64,000 nt of DNA from Saccostrea cucullata (taxonomy: Eukaryota), in contig NW_026933134.1 in NCBI RefSeq assembly GCF_032062105.1, forward strand, positions 372,001 to 436,000. Direction: 5' to 3'. How positions within the stretch are numbered: the first letter of the stretch is position 1; each line of letters opens with the position of its first letter. Below, one piece after another: positions 29,397 through 42,485 of this stretch. A program made the translations under genes and the position numbers. The notes under the pieces were generated by a model. That model saw only the letters and a program-made list of their open reading frames with translations. It did no database searches and was not told the DNA's origin.

Positions 29397-32300
29397 ATGG
29401 GGCTAATCAGAGAAAAGTACCAGGATTCGCTCTCTAAGTTTGCATTTATGCTCATTGTTTTCTTTTTGGCAACAGCTACCAGAGGTGTGTATAAACAATA
29501 CATTTTTGTAGTATTATGAAAGTTTTGATTATTAATATCTACAACTTATGTGCTATTTTCTTTAATGAGGTCTTCATACATAATGCACGTACATGTTTTT
29601 GAATATTGAATATAAATGCCTCATAATTTACACATGTATGTATAAAGTGTAAATACCTAAGTTTTTAGTATTCAGGCATTATACAAATTTAGTAAAAATA
29701 CGTTGGAAAATATTTATGTTGTAAAAAAGGCAGACAACGAGAATATGCCGATCGAAAGAGCTTTGGACAATTTATTTAATATTGATTTCACACGAGGCAA
29801 TTCTTGATAAAGAAAAAAACTATTGAGTTTTCTTCGATACTTCTGCTTACTTAAGATAAAGTTTAAGAGTATTAATTTGTTTCATAATTTTTTGCAGGGT
29901 GTTTCAAATTTGTTTTCCTTTATCAAAGTCAGAAACAGATAAAAGAAGAGTAAAAATAAATAAATAAATATAAAATAAAATAATTAAAAAAGGAAAGAAA
30001 GAAAAAGTAAGCAACTTTTTGAACAGCAAGTCTTTATTTATCAGTATTACCAGCAGTGAATGAGAAATCTCTATGTGCATTGATTTCTTTTTTTAAAAAT
30101 TGAAAATTCTTTTTTTTTTAAACTGAAAGCGAAATTCTATTCCTTATAATATTTTAAACAAGTTTTAACACAATGCTACCTTAGGCACGGGAAATTGAAG
30201 TACAATATCCAAAGTATACAACACTCATTTCAATAACGATATTTATAGAATCAAAATTTCTTTTAATATAGACACAACAGACGAGTGTATACATAGAGAT
30301 ATTTAAATTGAGTCTGGTATTTATTTTTTTCTTTAGACAACCAATTCGAAACACAAACATTTTAATCCCAAAACATATCAGTATTTAAAGTATTTCAAAG
30401 CATATTTTCTGCCGAGATTGGAAAATCCCGAAGACATTCACTCCAATACATGTCCTTTGCTACAATAAAGCATAGATATACACAAGTAAATAAAAAACTA
30501 ATTACAAATGACGAAATATGCGCACTTTTATGAATAAAACTTCTAAAACTTAGAATCTGAAAATAAATTTTCAAAACATATATTCTTTTATTTCCAAATA
30601 TTGATGATAAAAAAATTTGATATTAAAAAAAAAGTAGAAGTGAACTTTGCTGCATATTACATAGTTATGTATGCACACAAATGAACTGGAAGATATTAAT
30701 ATCTCTAAAACAAGGCCGGTTTTTATTTTTAGGAGAATGGCTGTTAGTTATCGTGTACATGTTCAGGGACCAGCTGCAAGGCATGATGGGAAGGCAAGGT
30801 GTTCAGATGCCCCCCAGCGGTGACTACAATATCACAGATCCCCCGGGACCTCTGCTGGAGACCCTGAAGCTTCAGAATGTCCACTGGTTCGTGTTGATGG
30901 CAATATCCACGTCTTTTGTTATGTACTACGGATTGGCATATGGATGGCACTATTACTATTACGTCAATCGAAGACATTTGGTACGAGTCAACGATTTAAA
31001 AAAAAAACATTTTGTATGATAGAATACAAAAATATTTGAACTTGATAGAAAACAAAGAAACAAACAAACAATTTGCTATATAAGGATCTATTTCAATTTT
31101 TCCTTGTGTAGTTTTTAACATACAAGGCGTATAAAATATTCAAGAAAATGCAAACAAGTTGATAAATAAGTTTATAAAAAGTTCTAAGTTTTTAATTTAT
31201 CAATTCGCATCATCTCGACCCTTTCCTTCAGACGTCGGAATTCCGCTTGTCGGAAAGTCCCAAAAAGTTGTTTTTCCGCTTGTCGGAAAGGCCGAGAAGT
31301 TGTGATTGTGTTGAGTAGATTTTGAATCGGAAACCCTTGGTTAGCGAAGATGACTGAACTTGTGAAATAACCCCCCCCATCCCTCAAAACTTACCGAGGA
31401 AAACTTTCTCAAAATGAGCATGAGAGTACAAACAGACTTATTCCCCATGTTAAGAAAGTTGATGATTTGTTTTTAAGGCCAAGGAGTGGAAGTGCCAGCC
31501 AGACAAATTTCTGACGCCGGAGAACGAGAGACACGAGATTCTGCTGGGATCCATGAACATGTTGATAGGTTCCGTGTGCTCAGGAATCATCGCCTGTTTC
31601 ATAATCAATGGAGGTATGATAAGATTGATTGTTTGATTGCATGTTGTTTAACGTCCCTCTCTTCAGATTTTTCATATCCATGGAGACGCCACCACTTGCC
31701 GGTGGAGAGCTACAAATTTTGTCCTATTCTCGGCACTTAGGGCCATTGAGCAGCGAGGGATCTTTTTCGTGCCAGCACCTACTGCGACACGGGACCTCGG
31801 TTTACACGGTCTCATCCGAAGAACCGGTCTCCACGTCCCACAGTTGGATTCGAACCCGCGATGTAAGGATCGACTCCTTATAATTAGCGACTCGAGAGCA
31901 GACGCTCTAAAAACTGCGCAACGCGGGCGACTAAGAAGCTCTTGTCCTATGCATAATTTTTCAAGGGTCTCTGAGAGACATTTTATTCAAATATTTGTGG
32001 TCTTCCTTGAATGTTGAAAACTGCAGTTTAGCATTTACTAAGTCTGACTCAGACGTCCATAAAAATGTTTTTATCCCAAACAATTAAATTCACATTTTCT
32101 TTCAATTTACAGGATACTGTAAGATGTACTACGATATATCAGAACGAGGCTGGGCGTACTTCATTTCCTCACTGGTGGGATTCTTTATGTACAACGAAAC
32201 AATGGCGTACTACCTCCACCGTCTCTTTCACAGACCCTGGCTCTATAAAAAGATCCACAAGATGCACCACCGGTACCACCAGCCCACTGCGTGGAGTGCG

Positions 32301-33658
32301 GTCGCCATGCACCCCGCCGAGTTCCTAATGTATCAGGGCTACCTGGCTGCAACCCCATTTTTAATTCCCATCCATGTCTGTGAGTACCTACGTTGTTGAC
32401 ACTTCAGTTATTCTAAATTTTAGAATCTACGATCACCAACACACATTGTGCATATTTTGGAAAATTAAACTGTTAAAGAAGTCTCTGAAATTCAGAGACA
32501 TCTATAACTTGACCCTCATGACTAGAACTTTTTAAAAGCAAGCGTAAAATGAATTTTAAGCAGAATTCTACAAGGATTAAATTAACTCCATGCTAATAAA
32601 TCCATTAAGCGTCTAATGGAATCACAAGAATAAAAAAGTTGGTAACAAGGCCACTTGTCGAATCATTTCATTTGTGTAGTTTTCAGTTCCGTTCTTGTCT
32701 GTGTTGCTTCTTTACTGTTCCGTTCTTGTTGCTGTACCCCTGCATGCTGTACAGTTCTGATGTACCCTTATTATTCTTTTACAGTGCCGTTCTTGTTTTT
32801 GTTGCTGTACCCCCATTATTCTTTAACAGATTCGTTCATGTTTATGTTGATGTATGTATACCTGATATTACTGTACAGTTTCATTCATGTTTGTGTTATT
32901 GTACTGCTACTATTACTTTACAGTTCCGTTCTTGTTGATGTACCCCTGTTATTCTTTCATGTTTGTGTTGCTCTATCCCTATTGTTCTTTTACAGTTCCG
33001 TTCATGTTTTTGTTGCTCTATCCCTATTATTCTTTTACAGTTCCGTTCTTGTTTGTGTTGCTCTATCCCTATTATTCTTTTACAGTTCCGTTCTTGTTTG
33101 TGTTGCTCTATCCCTATTGTTCTTTTACAGTTCCGTTCTTGTTTTTTGTTGCTCTATCCCTATTGTTCTTTTACAGTTCCGTTCATGTTTTTGGTTGCTC
33201 TATCCCTATCATTCTTTTACAGTTCCATTCTTGTTTGTGTTGCTATATTCCTACTATTACGGACTCTGCGACCATTCCGGAATTAAGATGGGAGCCATTT
33301 GGCCGTGGCAGCCACACTCATATTTTCACGACAACCACCACAAGTAAGATTACAATTCCATCGCTAGTTTTGACTTGATAGTGGATGTTTACATGTTCAT
33401 CCTGACATCCTTACTTTACATCAAACTCTCAAACAGTGTCAGATGTCTTCTGGCATACAGTGGTCTACAGTTGCATACATCACAATTAGAGTAGGCCTAT
33501 TTTTATGCATTCCTATATTTTCCAGGCATTTTCACGTCAACTTCGGCTTCAACACGTACTTTTTTGACTGGTTCCATGACACTCTGAGAAAAGAGGATCG
33601 TGTGTACGGGGAGGATAATTTTGGAGGACATGGAAGACAGTCCCTAAAGTCTGAATAG
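29397..33658 (+). CDS. Fatty-acid hydroxylase/sterol desaturase superfamily enzyme (lathosterol oxidase/C5-desaturase-like), 6 exons, about 330 aa
   Basis: Exons 29397-29484, 30733-30980, 31478-31613, 32113-32379, 33223-33343, 33526-33658 (993 nt). Complete His boxes HRLFH, HKMHH, DHSG, HDNHH, then NFG...FDWFHDTL. Confidence 0.9.
31622..31931 (-). mobile_element. tRNA-derived SINE with a Deu/Nin-like central domain
   Basis: On the - strand: box A-like TTGCGCAGTTTTTAGAGCG, box B GGTTCGAATCC, central CTTCGGATGAGACCGTGTAAACCGAGGTCCCGTGT...AAAGATCCC, and tail GGGACGTTAAACAA...(CAAT)n. Confidence 0.82.
32681..33260 (+). repeat. 45-bp minisatellite derived from the desaturase intron 4/exon 5 junction
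   Basis: Unit TTCTTTTACAG|TTCCGTTCTTGTTTGTGTTGCTCTATCCCTATTA, roughly a dozen copies. The last copy is the start of exon 5 (PFLFVLLYSYYYG). Confidence 0.92.
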
Positions 33659-34204
33659 ATTTCTATTCCTAGGGAGGCTCTCTTCTCTGGTCATCATACC
33701 CCCCCCCCCCCACTTAAAAAAAAATGGCAAGATTGCATGAATGAAAAACAGACTATAGTCAAAAGATAGGCCAAAACAAACTCTTTATCTCATTCATATC
33801 AAAGAGAGTGCAATTGTATTTACCTTCATTCATTTCATCAATATTGATTACTGAGAAGATTGTTTATTACAAAGTATGCCGTACGAACTTATCCTGATAA
33901 GAAATCTAGGCTAAACAAACATTGGGTATCAGAAATTCATGTCATCAAAGGACACTAACCGATCATCCGATGATAAAATTTTAATCATGCTGTCAGAGAC
34001 GGAACCGGAAACTTCATTGGGAAGGGGGGTAGCTTATATAAAAATCAGATTTAAATGGGCTTTGCTATTTGTCCTAATATTTATAGTTAAAAGTAAATTG
34101 GTGACATTACATGATTCATAATTTCATTGTTTTAAAATTTACTTGAATATTTCTGTACATGAAAAAAGTTGCCAAACTTTGTTCAGAAATCTATGTTTAT
34201 TGTT

Positions 34205-34640
34205 TTAATTGTTGTCTTCGAAGATCTATAAATTGTCCACGTATAAATGACAGCTAAATCAATGTCAGAATTGTTTTGCTTGATATGAGTGACATTTTGA
34301 GATCTTGTTTAAGTTATACATTAAATTCATTTACATTTTGTATTTTACTGTTGTTCCAAAAATCTATGAACTGTCCACTTATGAATGACAGCTGTAACAA
34401 TGTCCTAATTGTTTTGCTTGATGTCAGTGGCAGTTGAGATCTTGTTCAATTTATACACTTAATTCATTTTTTTTTTTTTACATGTAATGTTGTATTTTAC
34501 TGTTGTCCCAAAGATCTATGAATTGTCTACGTATAAATGACAGCTACAACAATATCTGAATTGTTTTGCTTGATGTAGGTGGCATTTTGAGATCATGTTC
34601 AATTTATACATTTATTTACATTTTGTTTTTCACTGTATAA
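34205..34640. repeat. About 3 diverged tandem copies of a 140-150-bp unit downstream of the first desaturase
   Basis: ATCTAT.AA.TGTC.AC.TAT.AATGACAGCT...ATTGTTTTGCTTGAT...TTGAGATC recurs near 34223, 34362 and 34514. Confidence 0.8.
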
Positions 34641-35966
34641 GCAATTGTGTTTCTTCTAAATAAAAAATGTATGACGGTGTTGGAATTCTCGTTCCCAGCA
34701 CCCGATATAAGAAGAAATACATGTATATTGTTTAATACTGTTGTCATCTTAAAACGGTTTATTTACAACAGCGAGGTTGATATTATGTGAATTTTTTTTG
34801 TTGTTGTTTGTAATTACAAAATCATTTAATGTTGTTATTATTGTTTACATGATCTTTACTTAATTTTTAAATAATTTGTTTTTATTGCATATTTTCATGT
34901 ATGCAGAGACTTATATACTTACTGTTAGTATTATTAGGTCCCTGATGTATGGTACTTTTTTTGTTCACAAATGACGGTCTTAGAAATCCCATTCTAGTAC
35001 TTGATGTGAGAATAAAGTACATACTTGAATTAATTAATGTATGAAACTTACTTTACACAAATGACAGTCTTGGGTATCCCAACCCAATACTTGATGTGAA
35101 AGTCAAGAAATACTTATTTGATAACATCAGCATCTTTACCGACATGACGGTATATAAACTAACAAAATGTTTAGTTATTGTACTCGATTTGGTGTGAATG
35201 CAAATGTTCAATTTTTTGTTGAGGACTGAATTATTTATATGTTTTACAATTATACAGAAATTATTATGTTTATAAATGACACGACCTAGTCATATTACTA
35301 TCATTTTATGTCTTTTTGTTGTATGTTGTTCTTTTGTCAACAAGAAAAAAGTTATTGAAATTAAAAAAATGTGGCTTTTTAGTTAAAGTGTTGTATTTTA
35401 AAATTTTATTTGGAGAAGTTATGACATTGGCTCAGCGGGCTTAATTATTTAACACCAATGAATATTAAGGTTAATTAACTTTGGATTAGGTCACAATAGA
35501 CTCTGACAATTAAAAATAAAATATTTTCCACCTCAAAATGCAGTTTTACCTTCATAGCCTTTAATCTTAGTGCTTTGTTATACTTTCTTCATTTTTTATT
35601 AATACATAGTATCTAGCATGCAAGTCATTTCATTTACAAAAAACTTCTTTAACCCCCCCCCTCCCTTCCCAAATTAACCTTTCCTCTTAACCTAATAAAC
35701 TAGTCCCTAAGTTCAAAAGAAAATTATTTAATTAAAAATGTATTCAAGGCCGTGACACTTTATTTACTACAGACTGCTGAAGTCAAGCAGACATTTTTAA
35801 AGGACAGAAGTCTTAAAAGATTTGAATGGTTGCTTTCAATGACTCGTTAAAAATATGTCAATAAATCTTTTGTTCGCTGTTTGGATATCGAACGCACTCA
35901 TCCATTCAATATCAATTAGAGTGACCTCCCTTTGCAGTTGTTTACATTAGCAGCACAGTAGCCGAC

Positions 35967-38900
35967 ATGATTTTTCTGCGTCCACCAGAAAGAAAAGCTA
36001 CTAAAGTTCGACGGAAAAGAAAGAAACCGCCGTCGGAAAATGACGAAGGACTCTTCATGGGCTTCTTACAAACACTGCTTAATCTGGGATTTATCATCCT
36101 TGTTTTCACCATTGCATCCTCAAGAGGTAGGATCATATTTATTATCCATACCAGCTGAATGTACGTACATGTATTTTATTGGCCACGGCGCTTTCCTTGA
36201 ATTATTAATGGGACGTACAGAAGCTAGTTAATTTTTACCCTTTACAAGGAAATCGATGTATGGCACATGCAATGCTGTTTTTAAAAAAAAGTTGGGAGAG
36301 GAACAGCTGAATCGCAACAGTCAGTCTGAAGTTTTCCATGTAAGCTGAATACATCAAATGCTTCTGAGTAGTGTTGTACTCAAAACAAATATAACTCGGT
36401 AGCTTTCATACATATAAGACTACAGAAAAGAACTACTAACTTGGGTAAAGTATCTGTCTTTCATTTATTTCCAAGGAACTTGTCCATGCAGTAACTGTAT
36501 ACATATTTAGGTCCTCCTTGGTCCAAACTTCGGTGTAGGACAATAATAAAATAAGCATACATGTACGTTTTAAAAACTCGTCAACATCATTAATAATCTT
36601 TTAAAACTTTATTCATGTAACAAGTGTAGTTTGATTTTTATTATTCGTTACAATTCAATAACACAAAGAATATTAGATACAATGTATACATGTATGCTGC
36701 AATAGAAGGTTTTTGTGGTAATCATTTCCTAAAACCATTACTATCAAAATTCATCCAATCAGATTCAAAATACCAAATTAAATAAGATATTTGGTCACAA
36801 TTCCTTTTATATCCATTTTCCTTGAAAGAAAAGAACCCACAGGATCATCTGTCACATTTGGATGTTTTAATGACTACTAGATCTGTAGACAATAAGGACC
36901 AAATAACAACTAAATTTTATCACAAACGAGCTGACAGCTTTTTCATTGTTAACTTTCCTGATTTATGTAGTAAGATGCTAACACATGCTTAATATGTTAG
37001 CACCTCCCAACTTATTCAACATTACTCAAGAGCACGCTTTAAGTACGAACAATTTTTAGACTGGGACAGGTTTCTGACAAATAAGTTGATCTTTCAGGAT
37101 TTCAACAACCTTGTTTAAAGCAATCATTTCGTAGGTTTTTTTGGTTGATAAATGACCCTGTATACAGAATACATGTAATATTTATCCTATCACATATTTT
37201 GGATTATTTCTTGTCGCCTATCAGTTGATGTTAAACCTTTGTATTTTCAGATAAAGAACAAAAATATTTAAGCTAAGACCCCATTTTGGTTCCTGATTTG
37301 GGGTGTTTTATAGAATGATCCAACATTTTATCAATAAAATCCTCTTGTTACCTCTGCACAGAATGAGTATTGGTTCTACTGTATGGGATATACAAAGATC
37401 ACAGGAAAGTCAAAAAATATGTGAATTTCCAAATTTTCACAATTTTATACAATTTTCATCGCTTTTAAGGCACAATTTGTTTTAGAAAACATGGAGCACA
37501 AACTTGCCTATCAACCATATTTATATATTCCATATACACTGTACTAGTATGAGATGTGGCTTGTTTAAAAAAAAAATCAGATAGGCAAGTCTGTGCTCTA
37601 TCCTTTCCGAAGTGAAAAGTTTCTCGAATATGACGAAAGCCCACCAGATATGAGGAAATTCGGAAAAATCTATTTCTGCATCCTTATATGACCTCCGTGA
37701 AAGCTTTCAATCAAAATTAGTACTGGCTTGAAAACGAGCATTACAAACTATCACAATTTCATATCAAATAAGGGACCAAATTTGGCCCTAACCATAGCTT
37801 GTCCTTTGACTATACGTAATGTTCCGTATGCCCGTTCAATACACATAGGCCTTACGACTGTTGTGACCAGTCAAAAGGTGTCCTATAGGCACAGTAAGGC
37901 ACATAGTCTAACCTCTGGAATTTCAGGGGCTCTGTGTTCTATGATCTGTTCACAGATTTGTATTTTTTGGTAGATTTTTTTGTGATCGATCAGTTGTCGT
38001 TTTCTTTTTTTTCAACAGGAGAATGGATCTTAGACGTTATTCAATATTTCCAAAGCAAAGATAACACAACGTTTTCTATCGACGAATACGTGTATATTCC
38101 TAACATCCAGTGGTCCGAGCTCAAACCAAGTCAGAGTTTACCTAAGTTTCTCCTCTACTCGGCGTTTCTCTCAGTTGTCGTGTACAATGTGTTGACTGGT
38201 CTATGGTATTGGCTTTTCTATAGTGGTAAACAACAAAAGGTAACTTTATGCCAAAGGAAAATCTAAGTCCATGGCCAATTTTTTTTTCATAACTATGTCG
38301 CTCATAAAAATATTTGCAGTCCTTTACATGTACAGATGTATAGAACCCATTATTAAAACTTCAACTAGTAATAAGTGTCATCTATTTTTTGAGAACTTAT
38401 TTGAGAAAAACTGGTTCGGTCATATAAAAGGAATGGATTCTTATTTATTATTAAGATTTTTTTTCTACGAGAGATTTTAATTTTTTTATCTTTTCACAGG
38501 GTTTTGCGGACATTGAAGAAGATTCTACAATATTTAATGACGTTATTCTCAGTTCCTTCAATATTTCACTGGGATCTGTAGTTTGTGCTCTAATATCGTG
38601 GTACATTCCGATTAAAAGTATGTACAATGAAGCTAGTATAATACAATATTGTATCGTTCTTCAATCTTTTAAATTAAAGCAGTCATTTCTAGTTTGATGA
38701 AACTCCTTCTCTTTAAATCAATACGAGTTGTGCTTGAGTTATGCCCCATATTTGAATCTTGACGCATTTTAAATCTTAATTTCTTTCACATTGATAGGGT
38801 CAACTATAGACTTTTTAACTATTTTTTTTTTTACAGCGTATGCCTTCTTGTATTATGATATTTCAAACCGAGGCTGGTTATACTTTTCTGTGTCAGTTCC

Positions 38901-40137
38901 TGCGCTATTTCTTTACCATGAAATTATGACTTACTATCGACATAGGACTTTCCATTCTTCTGTAATGTATAAAACTATTCATTATTGGCGCCACTGGCCT
39001 AAGCAGACGACATGGAGCTTCTGTGTAATCCATCCTGTGGAATTAATTATTTTGGTGATGCAAATCATTCTACCCATTTACCTGTTCCCTGTTCATATTG
39101 GTAAGTACAGGTATATCATGGTCTACAACAATAAAATTCATTCTTTAACGAAGTTGAAAGACTTCTTGATTTGCAGCGCCTCATCAAAAGAGTGGTGCCT
39201 GTTTTTAAAAAATAAATAAGTAAGCTAACAGTTTGGCTAGAAGACTCGGAATATTGAAAAGTGGAACAAATTAGATATATTTTAACGCGCAAATATCTCC
39301 AAATGTCTAAATTGTAGAAGATTAAACAGATATGCATCATTCTAGTTATGAAATTACAAATCGTTTTTTAATTGGTATCAACTGAAGACAATTCTTCGGA
39401 TTTTCGTCATGATGTTTGGGATCTAACGAGTTTAAGTTATATTTTGTATAAGTTCATATATATTATCATTATTTATATATCATAATTGCATTGTATATTT
39501 CCAGCTCTTTATATACTGGTTACAACATATGCCATATACACGGATTTAATGTTTCACTCCAACAAAAATGTCTTTCAACAGATTCATCGAAAGTAAGTAA
39601 TTTTACCTTCTCTCCTTTCACAAAGCAGGTATCCCAGATGCATTGTTGCAAACTTTCCATATTAAAAAAGTGGATGTCATAAGCATTTATTATAGTTTGC
39701 AGCTAACTGTAAAGTTTCACGTTACGTCACGATCTAGTTGACAGCTGCGCTCAAGTTAAATTGTACACGCCTCCTAACCGTAAGCTTTACGACTGGAACT
39801 TTCTTCTTATCCCTGATTGGTTGCTCGTACAACAGACTATTTCCGTGTCAATGTTGATAATTTGAGTTGTACAATCACGTGAATTGTTTACGCAGGATGC
39901 ATCTGACGAAAAGGATCGTGACGTAACGTGAAACTTTACAGTGAGCTCCAAACTATAATATCATTTTATCATATTAAAATGGTTTTTATACTTTGTAGAC
40001 ATAAAAACGTTAATTTTGGAGCGAGCACCATGTTGATGGACTGGGCTTGTGGAACACTGAGACGTGACGTATATGACCAGTCAGTGTTTACTGATCCGGG
40101 TACTGTCACCGGGGGAACTAGTAACAAGGAGGACTAG
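35967..40137 (+). CDS. Divergent tandem paralog of the desaturase, 6 exons, about 329 aa, degenerate His boxes
   Basis: Exons 35967-36126, 38019-38239, 38500-38617, 38837-39100, 39505-39592, 39999-40137 (990 nt). Same intron positions and phases as the first copy (RG|EW, YYDISxRGW, P(I/V)H|, K|HxxVNFG). Confidence 0.85.
36940..37150 (+). mobile_element. Decayed retroelement fragment (Penelope-like RT C-terminal region); related pieces near 41385-41660, 42370-42480 and 60280-60470
   Basis: Degenerate IVNFP.LCS...SQLIQ..RA...YEQFL...LTNKL..Q coding remnant. The 60299 ORF reads YARACSKY...LLTNKL. The family assignment is from memory of bivalve repeats. Confidence 0.55.
39688..39960. mobile_element. 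MITE with ~47-bp near-perfect TIRs in intron 5 of the second desaturase
   Basis: TATTATAGTTTGCAGCTAACTGTAAAGTTTCACGTTACGTCACGATC ... GATCGTGACGTAACGTGAAACTTTACAGTGAGCTCCAAACTATAATA (2 mismatches). Confidence 0.88.
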
Positions 40138-42485
40138 CTAAGTGGCTCCTATTGACTCAATGTGACTTAGTACATATTCAAATGTACTTATATAGATCCT
40201 CAGTATTGCTATTATTTGTTGGTTATTTTGTAAAACTATTGATATCGCACTTTTTACTTGACATGTACATTTATTTGGTAAAATTGATGTGTAAACAGTG
40301 TAATGTACAAGCATGATGTTGTAAAAGTATGCAGTGGTTGTTGAAAACGAAGAGTTGTATGAATTGAGCATTAAAACTTTATTTATGTGTGTATTTTTAT
40401 TGATAAATGAAAATCATACAAGCATAATGTGATCCAGAACTGTTACAGTAATTATCATATAGGGCCTCATGTGTCATGTATTTGTAACGTATTGCTGAGA
40501 AAGCTATGTTGACTAACATTCGTTTTAGAATGATTTTTTGTTTGTGCATTTTAATTGTGTCTTAGAGATCTCTATGCATTAAATTGAATCTCGTTATCCT
40601 AACTTATCTTGTCAAATTGATTTTTTGTCACCGAGTTGCAAAGCTTCATGCAAGCATTCAGATGGATTTAAATCAAGCTGAAAAAGTTTCAAGAGAGATG
40701 CGAAAATAATACGTTCATTTTTATTTATTGTGTCCTTGTCACATGTTTTCATTGAACACAAAAATCAAATTTTACCATATATAAAAGATAAACAATCATT
40801 AAAAATAAATTAAATTCTGGAGATTCAAATTAAATTTGATGCATCGTTCAAAAAAAATTTACATGAAAATGAAGAGGACTGGAAATATAAAACAAAAATG
40901 TTATCAGAATGATGATATATGCTCCAGTTTTGCTGAAAAGAATGACATGAAATGTACATGTATGTAATTTTAACATGAAAAAAATGATTTACTTTTATTA
41001 GTAAAACTTTGATATTTGATCTCTTCTTTTACTCCTAACCAATGCAAGGTAACAAAAATTAAAAGCAAAGAAGGGGAACTTTAAAAAAATTTTATTACGA
41101 TTATTCCGAGATCAAAACCATTAACATTATTCTCCAATAAATCATAAACTTTGTCATGAAAAATTTATGAATCAGAAACACGTATTCAAACCTGAATAAT
41201 TTTGAAATATTACATTTGACTTGCCAAAAAATTGTTAAATATATATATAGACCACATCGATGTGTCGTCTGTTAATATTTAAACACTGTATATTCTGTAA
41301 ATTGCACTGAAATGCAGTTCAACAAAATGTTAGTAATCAAACAACTTTTTAAAAGCCAACACTTTATGATTAATGTGATGACTAACCTTTCAATCGTCAC
41401 CTTCCCTTACTTATGTTAAATTCAGCAATATACCCTTATCACCTGTATATGGGGATTATATTTTTTCCCATTTGATTTGATAGGAAAAGCGAGTTCTACT
41501 TAGGAACAATTTCTACAGCAAGGCAAAGCAAAAAACGAGTTGATGAACCATAAATATAAACATTATTATATAAAGTCACCATTTCGTAAGCTCTATGGTC
41601 GATACAATGACGCCAGCAAATTCAATTTGTCATTAAGCCAGATTCTGATGGACGTTTTTTTATACTACACCTGTTATTGTGAGGCGATTATTTAAACACT
41701 GAATTGTCACCTAATTTCCCCGTTATTTCTCGATTGTGACAAAGAGCATTCTGTCAGTCGGAAGGAAAACGCGGACTTTATTTCTTAAACAACGTACTTG
41801 AAGTATTCAAGAAGTGGTGTAAATCAAATTTGAATAGTTAGAAGCGCGAAAGAACTTTTTAGAATTTTTTTTAAATAATGATTTTTTCCAAAATCATAAA
41901 CATTAAAAGGGCTTACATTTCAACACTTTACACTCGTTTTAGAAATTGTTCATAAGTAGAGTATGCTCTTGCGTATCGAATCGACAGAGATATATAAACG
42001 CCGTATGCAGGTGGTGAAGGTTTATTGCTGCATACGTAAGGGAAGTTGACGATAGAAAAGTTATAAAAGTCATCACGTTTATCATAGAACTTGGTTGATA
42101 GATTACCATTAACGTCTTTTTCAAGTTAAATATCCAAGTATTAAACAGATGTGTCAGACTCTGTGGTATCTTTTATCTCAAACACACCAGGATATATCGT
42201 ATCGACTTAGGAATGGAAATTACAATTGTTCATTGACAGTACGTCGTCGATATATGTAAATATTGAGCTGAAGGCCACAGCAACTGTTTTCTTCTTTTTC
42301 ATGAACAATTTCTAAAACGAGATAAGTTATAAACAAACAAGTTAATATAACATGAATATAAACAGTTTCATATAAAGTCACCATTTCTTAAGCTCTTTGG
42401 TTGATATATTGACGTCAGCAAATACAATCTGTCATTAAACCAGATGCTGATGTGCGTTTTTCATACTAATTGTTAGACAATTATT

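Noticed and set aside
31840-31931. tRNA gene (box A and box B on the minus strand)
   Set aside because: No intact cloverleaf; it is the head of a SINE with other copies in the window.
32681-33260. CRISPR-like array, or an independent hydrophobic repeat protein (ORFs at 32639, 32887, 32963)
   Set aside because: Units are contiguous with no unique spacers, there are no cas genes and the context is eukaryotic. The ORFs arise because the T-rich unit lacks stop codons.
37270-37790. DNA transposon with degenerate TIRs
   Set aside because: Terminal similarity is short and mismatched, with no clear TSD.
35967-40137. Pseudogene call for the second desaturase
   Set aside because: All six exons splice in frame with canonical sites and no premature stop.
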